Of a stretch of 64,000 bases of DNA, positions 1-12,700 are shown one piece after another. Both the position numbers and the translations under genes were made by a program. This DNA is from Auanema rhodensis. Its lineage: Eukaryota; Animalia; Nematoda. Location: contig OZ059895.1 of NCBI GenBank assembly GCA_964057225.1, positions 11,594,001-11,658,000 on the forward strand, in the 5' to 3' direction. The stretch's first letter is position 1, and every line of letters starts with the position of its first letter. Below the pieces are notes generated by a model. That model searched no databases and had not been told where the DNA came from. It saw only the letters and a list, made by a program, of their open reading frames with translations.

Positions 1-398
1 CAAGCAGTTTTACTCAGATAGCTTAACCCAAGGCAGCAAATTATCTTCAATATTATTTCTATCTTACAGTTATAAACCAATAGTTAATGAACCATCATCT
101 TACCTTTACTGTTTCTATCTATTTCCTATCGAAAGCAACTTTGTTCAAACACTATACAACTGTGACACCTTTTTCAATTTCTTGTATTTGGAGTTCATAA
201 GATTTGATATCATCGAGGGATTCAGATAGAACGTGGAAAATTACATAACTAACATGAAATTGGGAAAAAATTATAACGAGGATAAGTATGTGAAACATTG
301 ATTATCAGATATTTTCGCTTAGGACCATACCACGTTGAAAGTACGCCATGCCGCTGATTTTCAATTTTAACTCTTTTGTAACAAATGTTTTCAATTTT

Positions 399-795
399 CA
401 AGCAGTTTTACTCAGATAGCTTAACCCAAGGCAGCAAATTATCTTCAATATTATTTCTATCTTACAGTTATAAACCAATAGTTAATGAACCATCATCTTA
501 CCTTTACTATTTCTATCTATTTCCTATCAAAACCAACTTTGTTCAAACACTATACAACTGAGAAGCCTTTTTTAATTTCTTGTATTTGGAGTTCATAAGA
601 TTTGATATCATTGAGGGATTTAGATAGAACGTGGAAAATTACATAACTACCATGAAATTGGAAAAAACTATAACGAGGATAAGTATGTAAATCATTGACT
701 ATCAGATATTTTTGCTTACAACTATACCACGTTGTAAGTACGCCATGCCGCTGATTTTCAATTTTAACTCTTTTGTAACAAATGTTTTCAATTTT
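399..795 (+). repeat. Representative 397 bp satellite monomer (arbitrary phase)
   Basis: Runs from caagcagtttt to tgttttcaatttt. It has a pyrimidine-rich first half, a purine-rich segment around monomer positions 225-295, and a short GC-rich core (ccacgttgtaagtacgccatgccgctg). Confidence 0.97.
715..738. other. Inverted repeat (8 bp stem, 8 nt loop), recurring in monomers with the 'ttacaac' allele
   Basis: cttacaac-tataccac-gttgtaag; the two arms are exact reverse complements. Confidence 0.85.
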
Positions 796-3176
796 CAAGC
801 AGTTTTACTCAGATAGCTTAACCCAAAGCAGCAAATTATCTTCAATATTATTTCTATCTCACAGTTATAAACCAATAGTTAATGAACCATCATCTTACCC
901 TTATCGTTTCTATCTATTTCCTATCGAAACCAACTTTGTTCAAAAACTATACAACTGTGAAACCTTTTTCAATTTCTTGTATTTGGAGCTCATAAAATTT
1001 GATATCATTGAGGGATCCAGATAGAACGTGGAAAATTACGTAACTAACATGAAATTGGAAAAAACTATAACGAGGATAAGTATGTGAATCATTGAATATC
1101 AGATATTTTCGCTTAGGACCATACCACGTTGAAAGTACGCCATGCCGCTGATTTTCAATTTTAACTCTTTTGTAACAAATGTTTTCAATTTTCAAGCAGT
1201 TTTAGTCAGATAGCTTAACCCAAGGCAGCAAATTATCTTCAATATTATTTCTATCTCACAGTTATAAACCAATAGTTAATGAACCATCATCTTACCCTTA
1301 TCGTTTCTATCTATTTCCTATCGAAACCAACTTTGTTCAAAAACTATACAACTGTGAAACCTTTTTCAATTTCTTGTATTTGGAGCTCATAAAATTTGAT
1401 ATCATTGAGGGATCCAGATAGAACGTGGAAAATTACGTAACTAACATAAAATTGGAAAAAACTATAACGAGGATAAGTATGTGAATCATTGAATATCAGA
1501 TATTTTCGCTTAGGACCATACCACGTTGAAAGTACGCCATGCCGCTGATTTTCAATTTTAACTCTTTTGTAACAAATGTTTTCAATTTTCAAGCAGTTTT
1601 AGTCAGATAGCTTAACCCAAGGCAGCAAATTATCTTCAATATTATTTCTATCTTACAGATATAAACCAATAGTTAATGAAACATCATCTTACCCTTATCG
1701 TTTCTATCTATTTCCTATCGAAACCAACTTTGTTCAAAAACTATACAACTGTGAAACCTTTTTCAATTTCTTGTATTTGGAGCTCATAAGATTTGATATC
1801 ATTGAGGGATCCAGATAGAACGTGGAAAATTACGTAACTAACATGAAATTGGAAAAAACTATAACGAGGATAAGTATGTGAATCATTGAATATCAGATAT
1901 TTTCGCTTAGGACCATACCACGTTGAAAGTACGCCATGCCGCTGATTTTCAATTTTAACTCTTTTGTAACAAATTTTTTCAATTTTCAAGCAGTTTTACT
2001 CAGATAGCTTAACCCAAGGCAGCAAATTATCTTCAATATTATTTCTATCTTACAGTTATAAACCAATAGTTAATGAACCATCATCTTACATTTACTGTTT
2101 CTATCTATTTCCTATCGAAAGCAACTTTGTTCAAACACTATACAACTGTGAAACCTTTTTTAATTTCTTGTATTTGGAGCTCATAAGATTTGATATCATC
2201 GAGGGATCCAGATAGAACGTGGAAAATTACGTAACTAACATGAAATTGGAAAAAACTATAACGAGGATAAGTATGTAAATCATTGAATACCAGATATTTT
2301 TGCTTACAACTATACCACGTTGTAAGTACACCATGCCGCTGATTTTCAATTTTAACTCTTTTGTAACAAATGTTTTCAATTTTCAAGCAGTTTTACTCAA
2401 ATAGCTTAACCCAAGGCAGCAAATTATCTTCAATATTATTTCTATCTTACAGTTATAAACCAATAGTTAATGAACCATCATCTTACCTTTAATGTTTCTA
2501 TGTATTTCCTATCGAAAGCAACTTTGTTCAAACACTATACAACTGTGAAACCTTTTTAATTTCTTGTATTTGGAGCTCATAAGATTTGATATCATTGAGA
2601 AATTTAGATAGAACGTGGAAAATTACATAACTACCATGAAATTGGAAAAAACTATAACGAGGATAAGTATGTAAATCATTGAATATCAGATATTTTTGCT
2701 TACAACTATACCACGTTGTAAGTACGCCATGCCGCTGATTTTCAATTTTAACTCTTTTGTAACAAATGTTTTCAATTTTCAAGCAGTTTTACTCAGATAG
2801 CTTAACCCAAGGCAGCAAATTATCTTCAATATTATTTCTTTCTTACAGTTATAAACCAATAGTTAATGAACCATCATCTTACATTTACTGTTTCTATCTA
2901 TTTCCTATCGAAAGCAACTTTGTTCAAACACTATACAACTGTGAAACCTTTTTTAATTTCTTGTATTTGGAGCTCATAAGATTTGATATCATCGAGGGAT
3001 CCAGATAGAACGTGGAAAATTACGTAACTAACATGAAATTGGAAAAAACTATAACGAGGATAAGTATGTAAATCATTGACTATCAGATATTTTTGCTTAC
3101 AACTATACCACGTTGTAAGTACGCCATGCCGCTGATTTTCAATTTTAACTCTTTTGTGACAAATGTTTTCAATTTT

Positions 3177-6100
3177 CAAGCAGTTTTACTCAGATAGCTT
3201 AACCCAAAGCAGCAAATTATCTTCAATATTATTTCTATCTCACAGTTATAAACCAATAGTTAATGAACCATCATCTTACCCTTATCGTTTCTATCTATTT
3301 CCTATCGAAACCAACTTTGTTCAAAAACTATACAACTGTGAAACCTTTTTCAATTTCTTGTATTTGGAGCTCATAAAATTTGATATCATTGAGGGATCCA
3401 GATAGAACGTGGAAAATTACGTAACTAACATGAAATTGGAAAAAACTATAACGAGGATAAGTATGTGAATCATTGAATATCAGATATTTTCGCTTAGGAC
3501 CATACCACGTTGAAAGTACGCCATGCCGCTGATTTTCAATTTTAACTCTTTTGTAACAAATGTTTTCAATTTTCAAGCAGTTTTAGTCAGATAGCTTAAC
3601 CCAAGGCAGCAAATTATCTTCAATATTATTTCTATCTCACAGTTATAAACCAATAGTTAATGAACCATCATCTTACCCTTATCGTTTCTATCTATTTCCT
3701 ATCGAAACCAACTTTGTTCAAAAACTATACAACTGTGAAACCTTTTTCAATTTCTTGTATTTGGAGCTCATAAAATTTGATATCATTGAGGGATCCAGAT
3801 AGAACGTGGAAAATTACGTAACTAACATAAAATTGGAAAAAACTATAACGAGGATAAGTATGTGAATCATTGAATATCAGATATTTTCGCTTAGGACCAT
3901 ACCACGTTGAAAGTACGCCATGCCGCTGATTTTCAATTTTAACTCTTTTGTAACAAATGTTTTCAATTTTCAAGCAGTTTTAGTCAGATAGCTTAACCCA
4001 AGGCAGCAAATTATCTTCAATATTATTTCTATCTCACAGTTATAAACCAATAGTTAATGAACCATCATCTTACCCTTATCGTTTCTATCTATTTCCTATC
4101 GAAACCAACTTTGTTCAAAAACTATACAACTGTGAAACCTTTTTCAATTTCTTGTATTTGGAGCTCATAAAATTTGATATCATTGAGGGATCCAGATAGA
4201 ACGTGGAAAATTACGTAACTAACATAAAATTGGAAAAAACTATAACGAGGATAAGTATGTGAATCATTGAATATCAGATATTTTTGCTTAGGACCATACC
4301 ACGTTGAAAGTACGCCATGCCGCTGATTTTCAATTTTAACTCTTTTGTAACAAATGTTTTCAATTTTCAAGCAGTTTTAGTCAGATAGCTTAACCCAAGG
4401 CAGCAAATTATCTTCAATATTATTTCTATCTTACAGATATAAACCAATAGTTAATGAAACATCATCTTACCCTTATCGTTTCTATCTATTTCCTATCGAA
4501 ACCAACTTTGTTCAAAAACTATACAACTGTGAAACCTTTTTCAATTTCTTGTATTTGGAGCTCATAAGATTTGATATCATTGAGGGATCCAGATAGAACG
4601 TGGAAAATTACGTAACTAACATGAAATTGGAAAAAACTATAACGAGGATAAGTATGTGAATCATTGAATATCAGATATTTTCGCTTAGGACCATACCACG
4701 TTGAAAGTACGCCATGCCGCTGATTTTCAATTTTAACTCTTTTGTAACAAATTTTTTCAATTTTCAAGCAGTTTTACTCAGATAGCTTAACCCAAGGCAG
4801 CAAATTATCTTCAATATTATTTCTATCTTACAGTTATAAACCAATAGTTAATGAACCATCATCTTACATTTACTGTTTCTATCTATTTCCTATCGAAAGC
4901 AACTTTGTTCAAACACTATACAACTGTGAAACCTTTTTTAATTTCTTGTATTTGGAGCTCATAAGATTTGATATCATCGAGGGATCCAGATAGAACGTGG
5001 AAAATTACGTAACTAACATGAAATTGGAAAAAACTATAACGAGGATAAGTATGTAAATCATTGAATATCAGATATTTTTGCTTACAACTATACCACGTTG
5101 TAAGTACACCATGCCGCTGATTTTCAATTTTAACTCTTTTGTAACAAATGTTTTCAATTTTCAAGCAGTTTTACTCAAATAGCTTAACCCAAGGCAGCAA
5201 ATTATCTTCAATATTATTTCTATCTTACAGTTATGAACCAATAGTTAATGAACCATCATCTTACATTTACTGTTTCTATCTATTTCCTATCGAAAGCAAC
5301 TTTGTTCAAACACTATACAACTGTGAAACCTTTTTTAATTTCTTGTATTTGGAGCTCATAAGATTTGATATCATCGAGGGATCCAGATAGAACGTGGAAA
5401 ATTACGTAACTAACATGAAATTGGAAAAAACTATAACGAGGATAAGTATGTAAATCATTGACTATCAGATATTTTTGCTTACAACTATACCACGTTGTAA
5501 GTACGCCATGCCGCTGATTTTCAATTTTAACTCTTTTGTAACAAATGTTTTCAATTTTCAAGCAGTTTTACTCAGATAGCTTAACCCAAGGCAGCAAATT
5601 ATCTTCAATATTATTTCTATCTTACAGTTATAAACCAATAGTTAATGAACCATCATCTTACCTTTAATGTTTCTATGTATTTCCTATCGAAAGCAACTTT
5701 GTTCAAACACTATACAACTGTGAAACCTTTTTAATTTCTTGTATTTGGAGCTCATAAGATTTGATATCATTGAGAAATTTAGATAGAACGTGGAAAATTA
5801 CATAACTACCATGAAATTGGAAAAAACTATAACGAGGATAAGTATGTAAATCATTGAATATCAGATATTTTTGCTTACAACTATACCACGTTGTAAGTAC
5901 ACCATGCCGCTGATTTTCAATTTTAACTCTTTTGTAACAAATGTTTTCAATTTTCAAGCAGTTTTACTCAGATAGCTTAACCCAAGGCAGCAAATTATCT
6001 TCAATATTATTTCTATCTTACAGTTATAAACCAATAGTTAATGAACCATCATCTTACCTTTACTGTTTCTATCTATTTCCTATCGAAAGCAACTTTGTTC

Positions 6101-9100
6101 AAACACTATACAACTGTGACACCTTTTTCAATTTCTTGTATTTGGAGTTCATAAGATTTGATATCATCGAGGGATTCAGATAGAACGTGGAAAATTACAT
6201 AACTACCATGAAATTGGAAAAAACTATAACGAGGATAAGTATGTAAATCATTGAATATCAGATATTTTTGCTTACAACTATACCACGTTGTAAGTACGCC
6301 ATGCCGCTGATTTTCAATTTTAACTCTTTTGTAACAAATGTTTTCAATTTTCAAGCAGTTTTACTCAGATAGCTTAACCCAAGGCAGCAAATTATCTTCA
6401 ATATTATTTCTATCTTACAGTTATAAACCAATAGTTAATGAACCATCATCTTACCTTTACTATTTCTATCTATTTCCTATCAAAACCAACTTTGTTCAAA
6501 CACTATACAACTGAGAAGCCTTTTTTAATTTCTTGTATTTGGAGTTCATAAGATTTGATATCATTGAGGGATTTAGATAGAACGTGGAAAATTACATAAC
6601 TACCATGAAATTGGAAAAAACTATAACGAGGATAAGTATGTAAATCATTGAATATCAGATATTTTTGCTTACAACTATACCACGTTGTAAGTACACCATG
6701 CCGCTGATTTTCAATTTTAACTCTTTTGTAACAAATGTTTTCAATTTTCAAGCAGTTTTACTCAGATAGCTTAACCCAAGGCAGCAAATTATCTTCAATA
6801 TTATTTCTATCTTACAGTTATAAACCAATAGTTAATGAACCATCATCTTACCTTTAATGTTTCTATGTATTTCCTATCGAAAGCAACTTTGTTCAAACAC
6901 TATACAACTGTGAAACCTTTTTAATTTCTTGTATTTGGAGCTCATAAGATTTGATATCATTGAGAAATTTAGATAGAACGTGGAAAATTACATAACTACC
7001 ATGAAATTGGAAAAAACTATAACGAGGATAAGTATGTAAATCATTGAATATCAGATATTTTTGCTTACAACTATACCACGTTGTAAGTACACCATGCCGC
7101 TGATTTTCAATTTTAACTCTTTTGTAACAAATGTTTTCAATTTTCAAGCAGTTTTACTCAGATAGCTTAACCCAAGGCAGCAAATTATCTTCAATATTAT
7201 TTCTATCTTACAGTTATAAACCAATAGTTAATGAACCATCATCTTACCTTTACTGTTTCTATCTATTTCCTATCGAAAGCAACTTTGTTCAAACACTATA
7301 CAACTGTGACACCTTTTTCAATTTCTTGTATTTGGAGTTCATAAGATTTGATATCATCGAGGGATTCAGATAGAACGTGGAAAATTACATAACTACCATG
7401 AAATTGGAAAAAACTATAACGAGGATAAGTATGTAAATCATTGAATATCAGATATTTTTGCTTACAACTATACCACGTTGTAAGTACGCCATGCCGCTGA
7501 TTTTCAATTTTAACTCTTTTGTAACAAATGTTTTCAATTTTCAAGCAGTTTTACTCAGATAGCTTAACCCAAGGCAGCAAATTATCTTCAATATTATTTC
7601 TATCTTACAGTTATAAACCAATAGTTAATGAACCATCATCTTACCTTTACTATTTCTATCTATTTCCTATCAAAACCAACTTTGTTCAAACACTATACAA
7701 CTGAGAAGCCTTTTTTAATTTCTTGTATTTGGAGTTCATAAGATTTGATATCATTGAGGGATTTAGATAGAACGTGGAAAATTACATAACTACCATGAAA
7801 TTGGAAAAAATTATAACGAGGATAAGTATGTAAATCATTGACTATCAGATATTTTTGCTTACAACTATACCACGTTGTAAGTACGCCATGCCGCCGATTT
7901 TCAATTTTAACTCTTTTGTAACAAATGTTTTCAATTTTCAAGCAGTTTTACTCAGATAGCTTAACCCAAAGCAGCAAATTATCTTCAATATTATTTCTAT
8001 CTCACAGTTATAAACCAATAGTTAATGAACCATCATCTTACCCTTATCGTTTCTATCTATTTCCTATCGAAACCAACTTTGTTCAAAAACTATACAACTG
8101 TGAAACCTTTTTCAATTTCTTGTATTTGGAGCTCATAAAATTTGATATCATTGAGGGATCCAGATAGAACGTGGAAAATTACGTAACTAACATGAAATTG
8201 GAAAAAACTATAACGAGGATAAGTATGTGAATCATTGAATATCAGATATTTTCGCTTAGGACCATACCACGTTGAAAGTACGCCATGCCGCTGATTTTCA
8301 ATTTTAACTCTTTTGTAACAAATGTTTTCAATTTTCAAGCAGTTTTAGTCAGATAGCTTAACCCAAGGCAGCAAATTATCTTCAATATTATTTCTATCTC
8401 ACAGTTATAAACCAATAGTTAATGAACCATCATCTTACCCTTATCGTTTCTATCTATTTCCTATCGAAACCAACTTTGTTCAAAAACTATACAACTGTGA
8501 AACCTTTTTCAATTTCTTGTATTTGGAGCTCATAAAATTTGATATCATTGAGGGATCCAGATAGAACGTGGAAAATTACGTAACTAACATAAAATTAGAA
8601 AAAACTATAACGAGGATAAGTATGTGAATCATTGAATATCAGATATTTTCGCTTAGGACCATACCACGTTGAAAGTACGCCATGCCGCTGATTTTCAATT
8701 TTAACTCTTTTGTAACAAATGTTTTCAATTTTCAAGCAGTTTTAGTCAGATAGCTTAACCCAAGGCAGCAAATTATCTTCAATATTATTTCTATCTCACA
8801 GTTATAAACCAATAGTTAATGAAACATCATCTTACCCTTATCGTTTCTATCTATTTCCTATCGAAACCAACTTTGTTCAAAAACTATACAACTGTGAAAC
8901 CTTTTTCAATTTCTTGTATTTGGAGCTCATAAGATTTGATATCATTGAGGGATCCAGATAGAACGTGGAAAATTACGTAACTAACATAAAATTGGAAAAA
9001 ACTATAACGAGGATAAGTATGTGAATCATTGAATATCAGATATTTTCGCTTAGGACCATACCACGTTGAAAGTACGCCATGCCGCTGATTTTCAATTTTA

Positions 9101-12100
9101 ACTCTTTTGTAACAAATGTTTTCAATTTTCAAGCAGTGTTAGTCAGATAGCTTAACCCAAGGCAGCAAATTATCTTCAATATTATTTCTATCTTACAGAT
9201 ATAAACCAATAGTTAATGAAACATCATCTTACCCTTATCGTTTCTATCTATTTCCTATCGAAACCAACTTTGTTCAAAAACTATACAACTGTGAAACCTT
9301 TTTCAATTTCTTGTATTTGGAGCTCATAAGATTTGATATCATTGAGGGATCCAGATAGAACGTGGAAAATTACGTAACTAACATGAAATTGGAAAAAACT
9401 ATAACGAGGATAAGTATGTGAATCATTGAATATCAGATATTTTCGCTTAGGACCATACCACGTTGAAAGTACGCCATGCCGCTGATTTTCAATTTTAACT
9501 CTTTTGTAACAAATTTTTTCAATTTTCAAGCAGTTTTACTCAGATAGCTTAACCCAAGGCAGCAAATTATCTTCAATATTATTTCTATCTTACAGTTATA
9601 AACCAATAGTTAATGAACCATCATCTTACATTTACTGTTTCTATCTATTTCCTATCGAAAGCAACTTTGTTCAAACACTATACAACTGTGAAACCTTTTT
9701 TAATTTCTTGTATTTGGAGCTCATAAGATTTGATATCATCGAGGGATCCAGATAGAACGTGGAAAATTACGTAACTAACATGAAATTGGAAAAAACTATA
9801 ACGAGGATAAGTATGTAAATCATTGAATATCAGATATTTTTGCTTACAACTATACCACGTTGTAAGTACACCATGCCGCTGATTTTCAATTTTAACTCTT
9901 TTGTAACAAATGTTTTCAATTTTCAAGCAGTTTTACTCAAATAGCTTAACCCAAGGCAGCAAATTATCTTCAATATTATTTCTATCTTACAGTTATAAAC
10001 CAATAGTTAATGAACCATCATCTTACATTTACTGTTTCTATCTATTTCCTATCGAAAGCAACTTTGTTCAAACACTATACAACTGTGAAACCTTTTTTAA
10101 TTTCTTGTATTTGGAGCTCATAAGATTTGATATCATCGAGGGATCCAGATAGAACGTGGAAAATTACGTAACTAACATGAAATTGGAAAAAACTATAACG
10201 AGGATAAGTATGTAAATCATTGACTATCAGATATTTTTGCTTACAACTATACCACGTTGTAAGTACGCCATGCCGCTGATTTTCAATTTTAACTCTTTTG
10301 TAACAAATGTTTTCAATTTTCAAGCAGTTTTACTCAGATAGCTTAACCCAAGGCAGCAAATTATCTTCAATATTATTTCTATCTTACAGTTATAAACCAA
10401 TAGTTAATGAACCATCATCTTACCTTTAATGTTTCTATGTATTTCCTATCGAAAGCAACTTTGTTCAAACACTATACAACTGTGAAACCTTTTTAATTTC
10501 TTGTATTTGGAGCTCATAAGATTTGATATCATTGAGAAATTTAGATAGAACGTGGAAAATTACATAACTACCATGAAATTGGAAAAAACTATAACGAGGA
10601 TAAGTATGTAAATCATTGAATATCAGATATTTTTGCTTACAACTATACCACGTTGTAAGTACACCATGCCGCTGATTTTCAATTTTAACTCTTTTGTAAC
10701 AAATGTTTTCAATTTTCAAGCAGTTTTACTCAGATAGCTTAACCCAAGGCAGCAAATTATCTTCAATATTATTTCTATCTTACAGTTATAAACCAATAGT
10801 TAATGAACCATCATCTTACCTTTACTGTTTCTATCTATTTCCTATCGAAAGCAACTTTGTTCAAACACTATACAACTGTGACACCTTTTTCAATTTCTTG
10901 TATTTGGAGTTCATAAGATTTGATATCATCGAGGGATTCAGATAGAACGTGGAAAATTACATAACTACCATGAAATTGGAAAAAACTATAACGAGGATAA
11001 GTATGTAAATCATTGAATATCAGATATTTTTGCTTACAACTATACCACGTTGTAAGTACGCCATGCCGCTGATTTTCAATTTTAACTCTTTTGTAACAAA
11101 TGTTTTCAATTTTCAAGCAGTTTTACTCAGATAGCTTAACCCAAGGCAGCAAATTATCTTCAATATTATTTCTATCTTACAGTTATAAACCAATAGTTAA
11201 TGAACCATCATCTTACCTTTACTATTTCTATCTATTTCCTATCAAAACCAACTTTGTTCAAACACTATACAACTGAGAAGCCTTTTTTAATTTCTTGTAT
11301 TTGGAGTTCATAAGATTTGATATCATTGAGGGATTTAGATAGAACGTGGAAAATTACATAACTACCATGAAATTGGAAAAAACTATAACGAGGATAAGTA
11401 TGTAAATCATTGAATATCAGATATTTTTGCTTACAACTATACCACGTTGTAAGTACACCATGCCGCTGATTTTCAATTTTAACTCTTTTGTAACAAATGT
11501 TTTCAATTTTCAAGCAGTTTTACTCAGATAGCTTAACCCAAGGCAGCAAATTATCTTCAATATTATTTCTATCTTACAGTTATAAACCAATAGTTAATGA
11601 ACCATCATCTTACCTTTAATGTTTCTATGTATTTCCTATCGAAAGCAACTTTGTTCAAACACTATACAACTGTGAAACCTTTTTAATTTCTTGTATTTGG
11701 AGCTCATAAGATTTGATATCATTGAGAAATTTAGATAGAACGTGGAAAATTACATAACTACCATGAAATTGGAAAAAACTATAACGAGGATAAGTATGTA
11801 AATCATTGAATATCAGATATTTTTGCTTACAACTATACCACGTTGTAAGTACACCATGCCGCTGATTTTCAATTTTAACTCTTTTGTAACAAATGTTTTC
11901 AATTTTCAAGCAGTTTTACTCAGATAGCTTAACCCAAGGCAGCAAATTATCTTCAATATTATTTCTATCTTACAGTTATAAACCAATAGTTAATGAACCA
12001 TCATCTTACCTTTACTGTTTCTATCTATTTCCTATCGAAAGCAACTTTGTTCAAACACTATACAACTGTGACACCTTTTTCAATTTCTTGTATTTGGAGT

Positions 12101-12700
12101 TCATAAGATTTGATATCATCGAGGGATTCAGATAGAACGTGGAAAATTACATAACTACCATGAAATTGGAAAAAACTATAACGAGGATAAGTATGTAAAT
12201 CATTGAATATCAGATATTTTTGCTTACAACTATACCACGTTGTAAGTACGCCATGCCGCTGATTTTCAATTTTAACTCTTTTGTAACAAATGTTTTCAAT
12301 TTTCAAGCAGTTTTACTCAGATAGCTTAACCCAAGGCAGCAAATTATCTTCAATATTATTTCTATCTTACAGTTATAAACCAATAGTTAATGAACCATCA
12401 TCTTACCTTTACTATTTCTATCTATTTCCTATCAAAACCAACTTTGTTCAAACACTATACAACTGAGAAGCCTTTTTTAATTTCTTGTATTTGGAGTTCA
12501 TAAGATTTGATATCATTGAGGGATTTAGATAGAACGTGGAAAATTACATAACTACCATGAAATTGGAAAAAATTATAACGAGGATAAGTATGTAAATCAT
12601 TGACTATCAGATATTTTTGCTTACAACTATACCACGTTGTAAGTACGCCATGCCGCTGATTTTCAATTTTAACTCTTTTGTAACAAATGTTTTCAATTTT
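3177..12700. repeat. Two tandem copies of a 12-monomer, 4762 bp higher-order repeat (F1-F2-F3-G-A-B-C-D-E-C-D-E')
   Basis: Variant order repeats at a 4762 bp offset: F1 3177/7939, G 4368/9130, C 5559/10321 and 6749/11511, E' 7542/12304. Confidence 0.88.
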
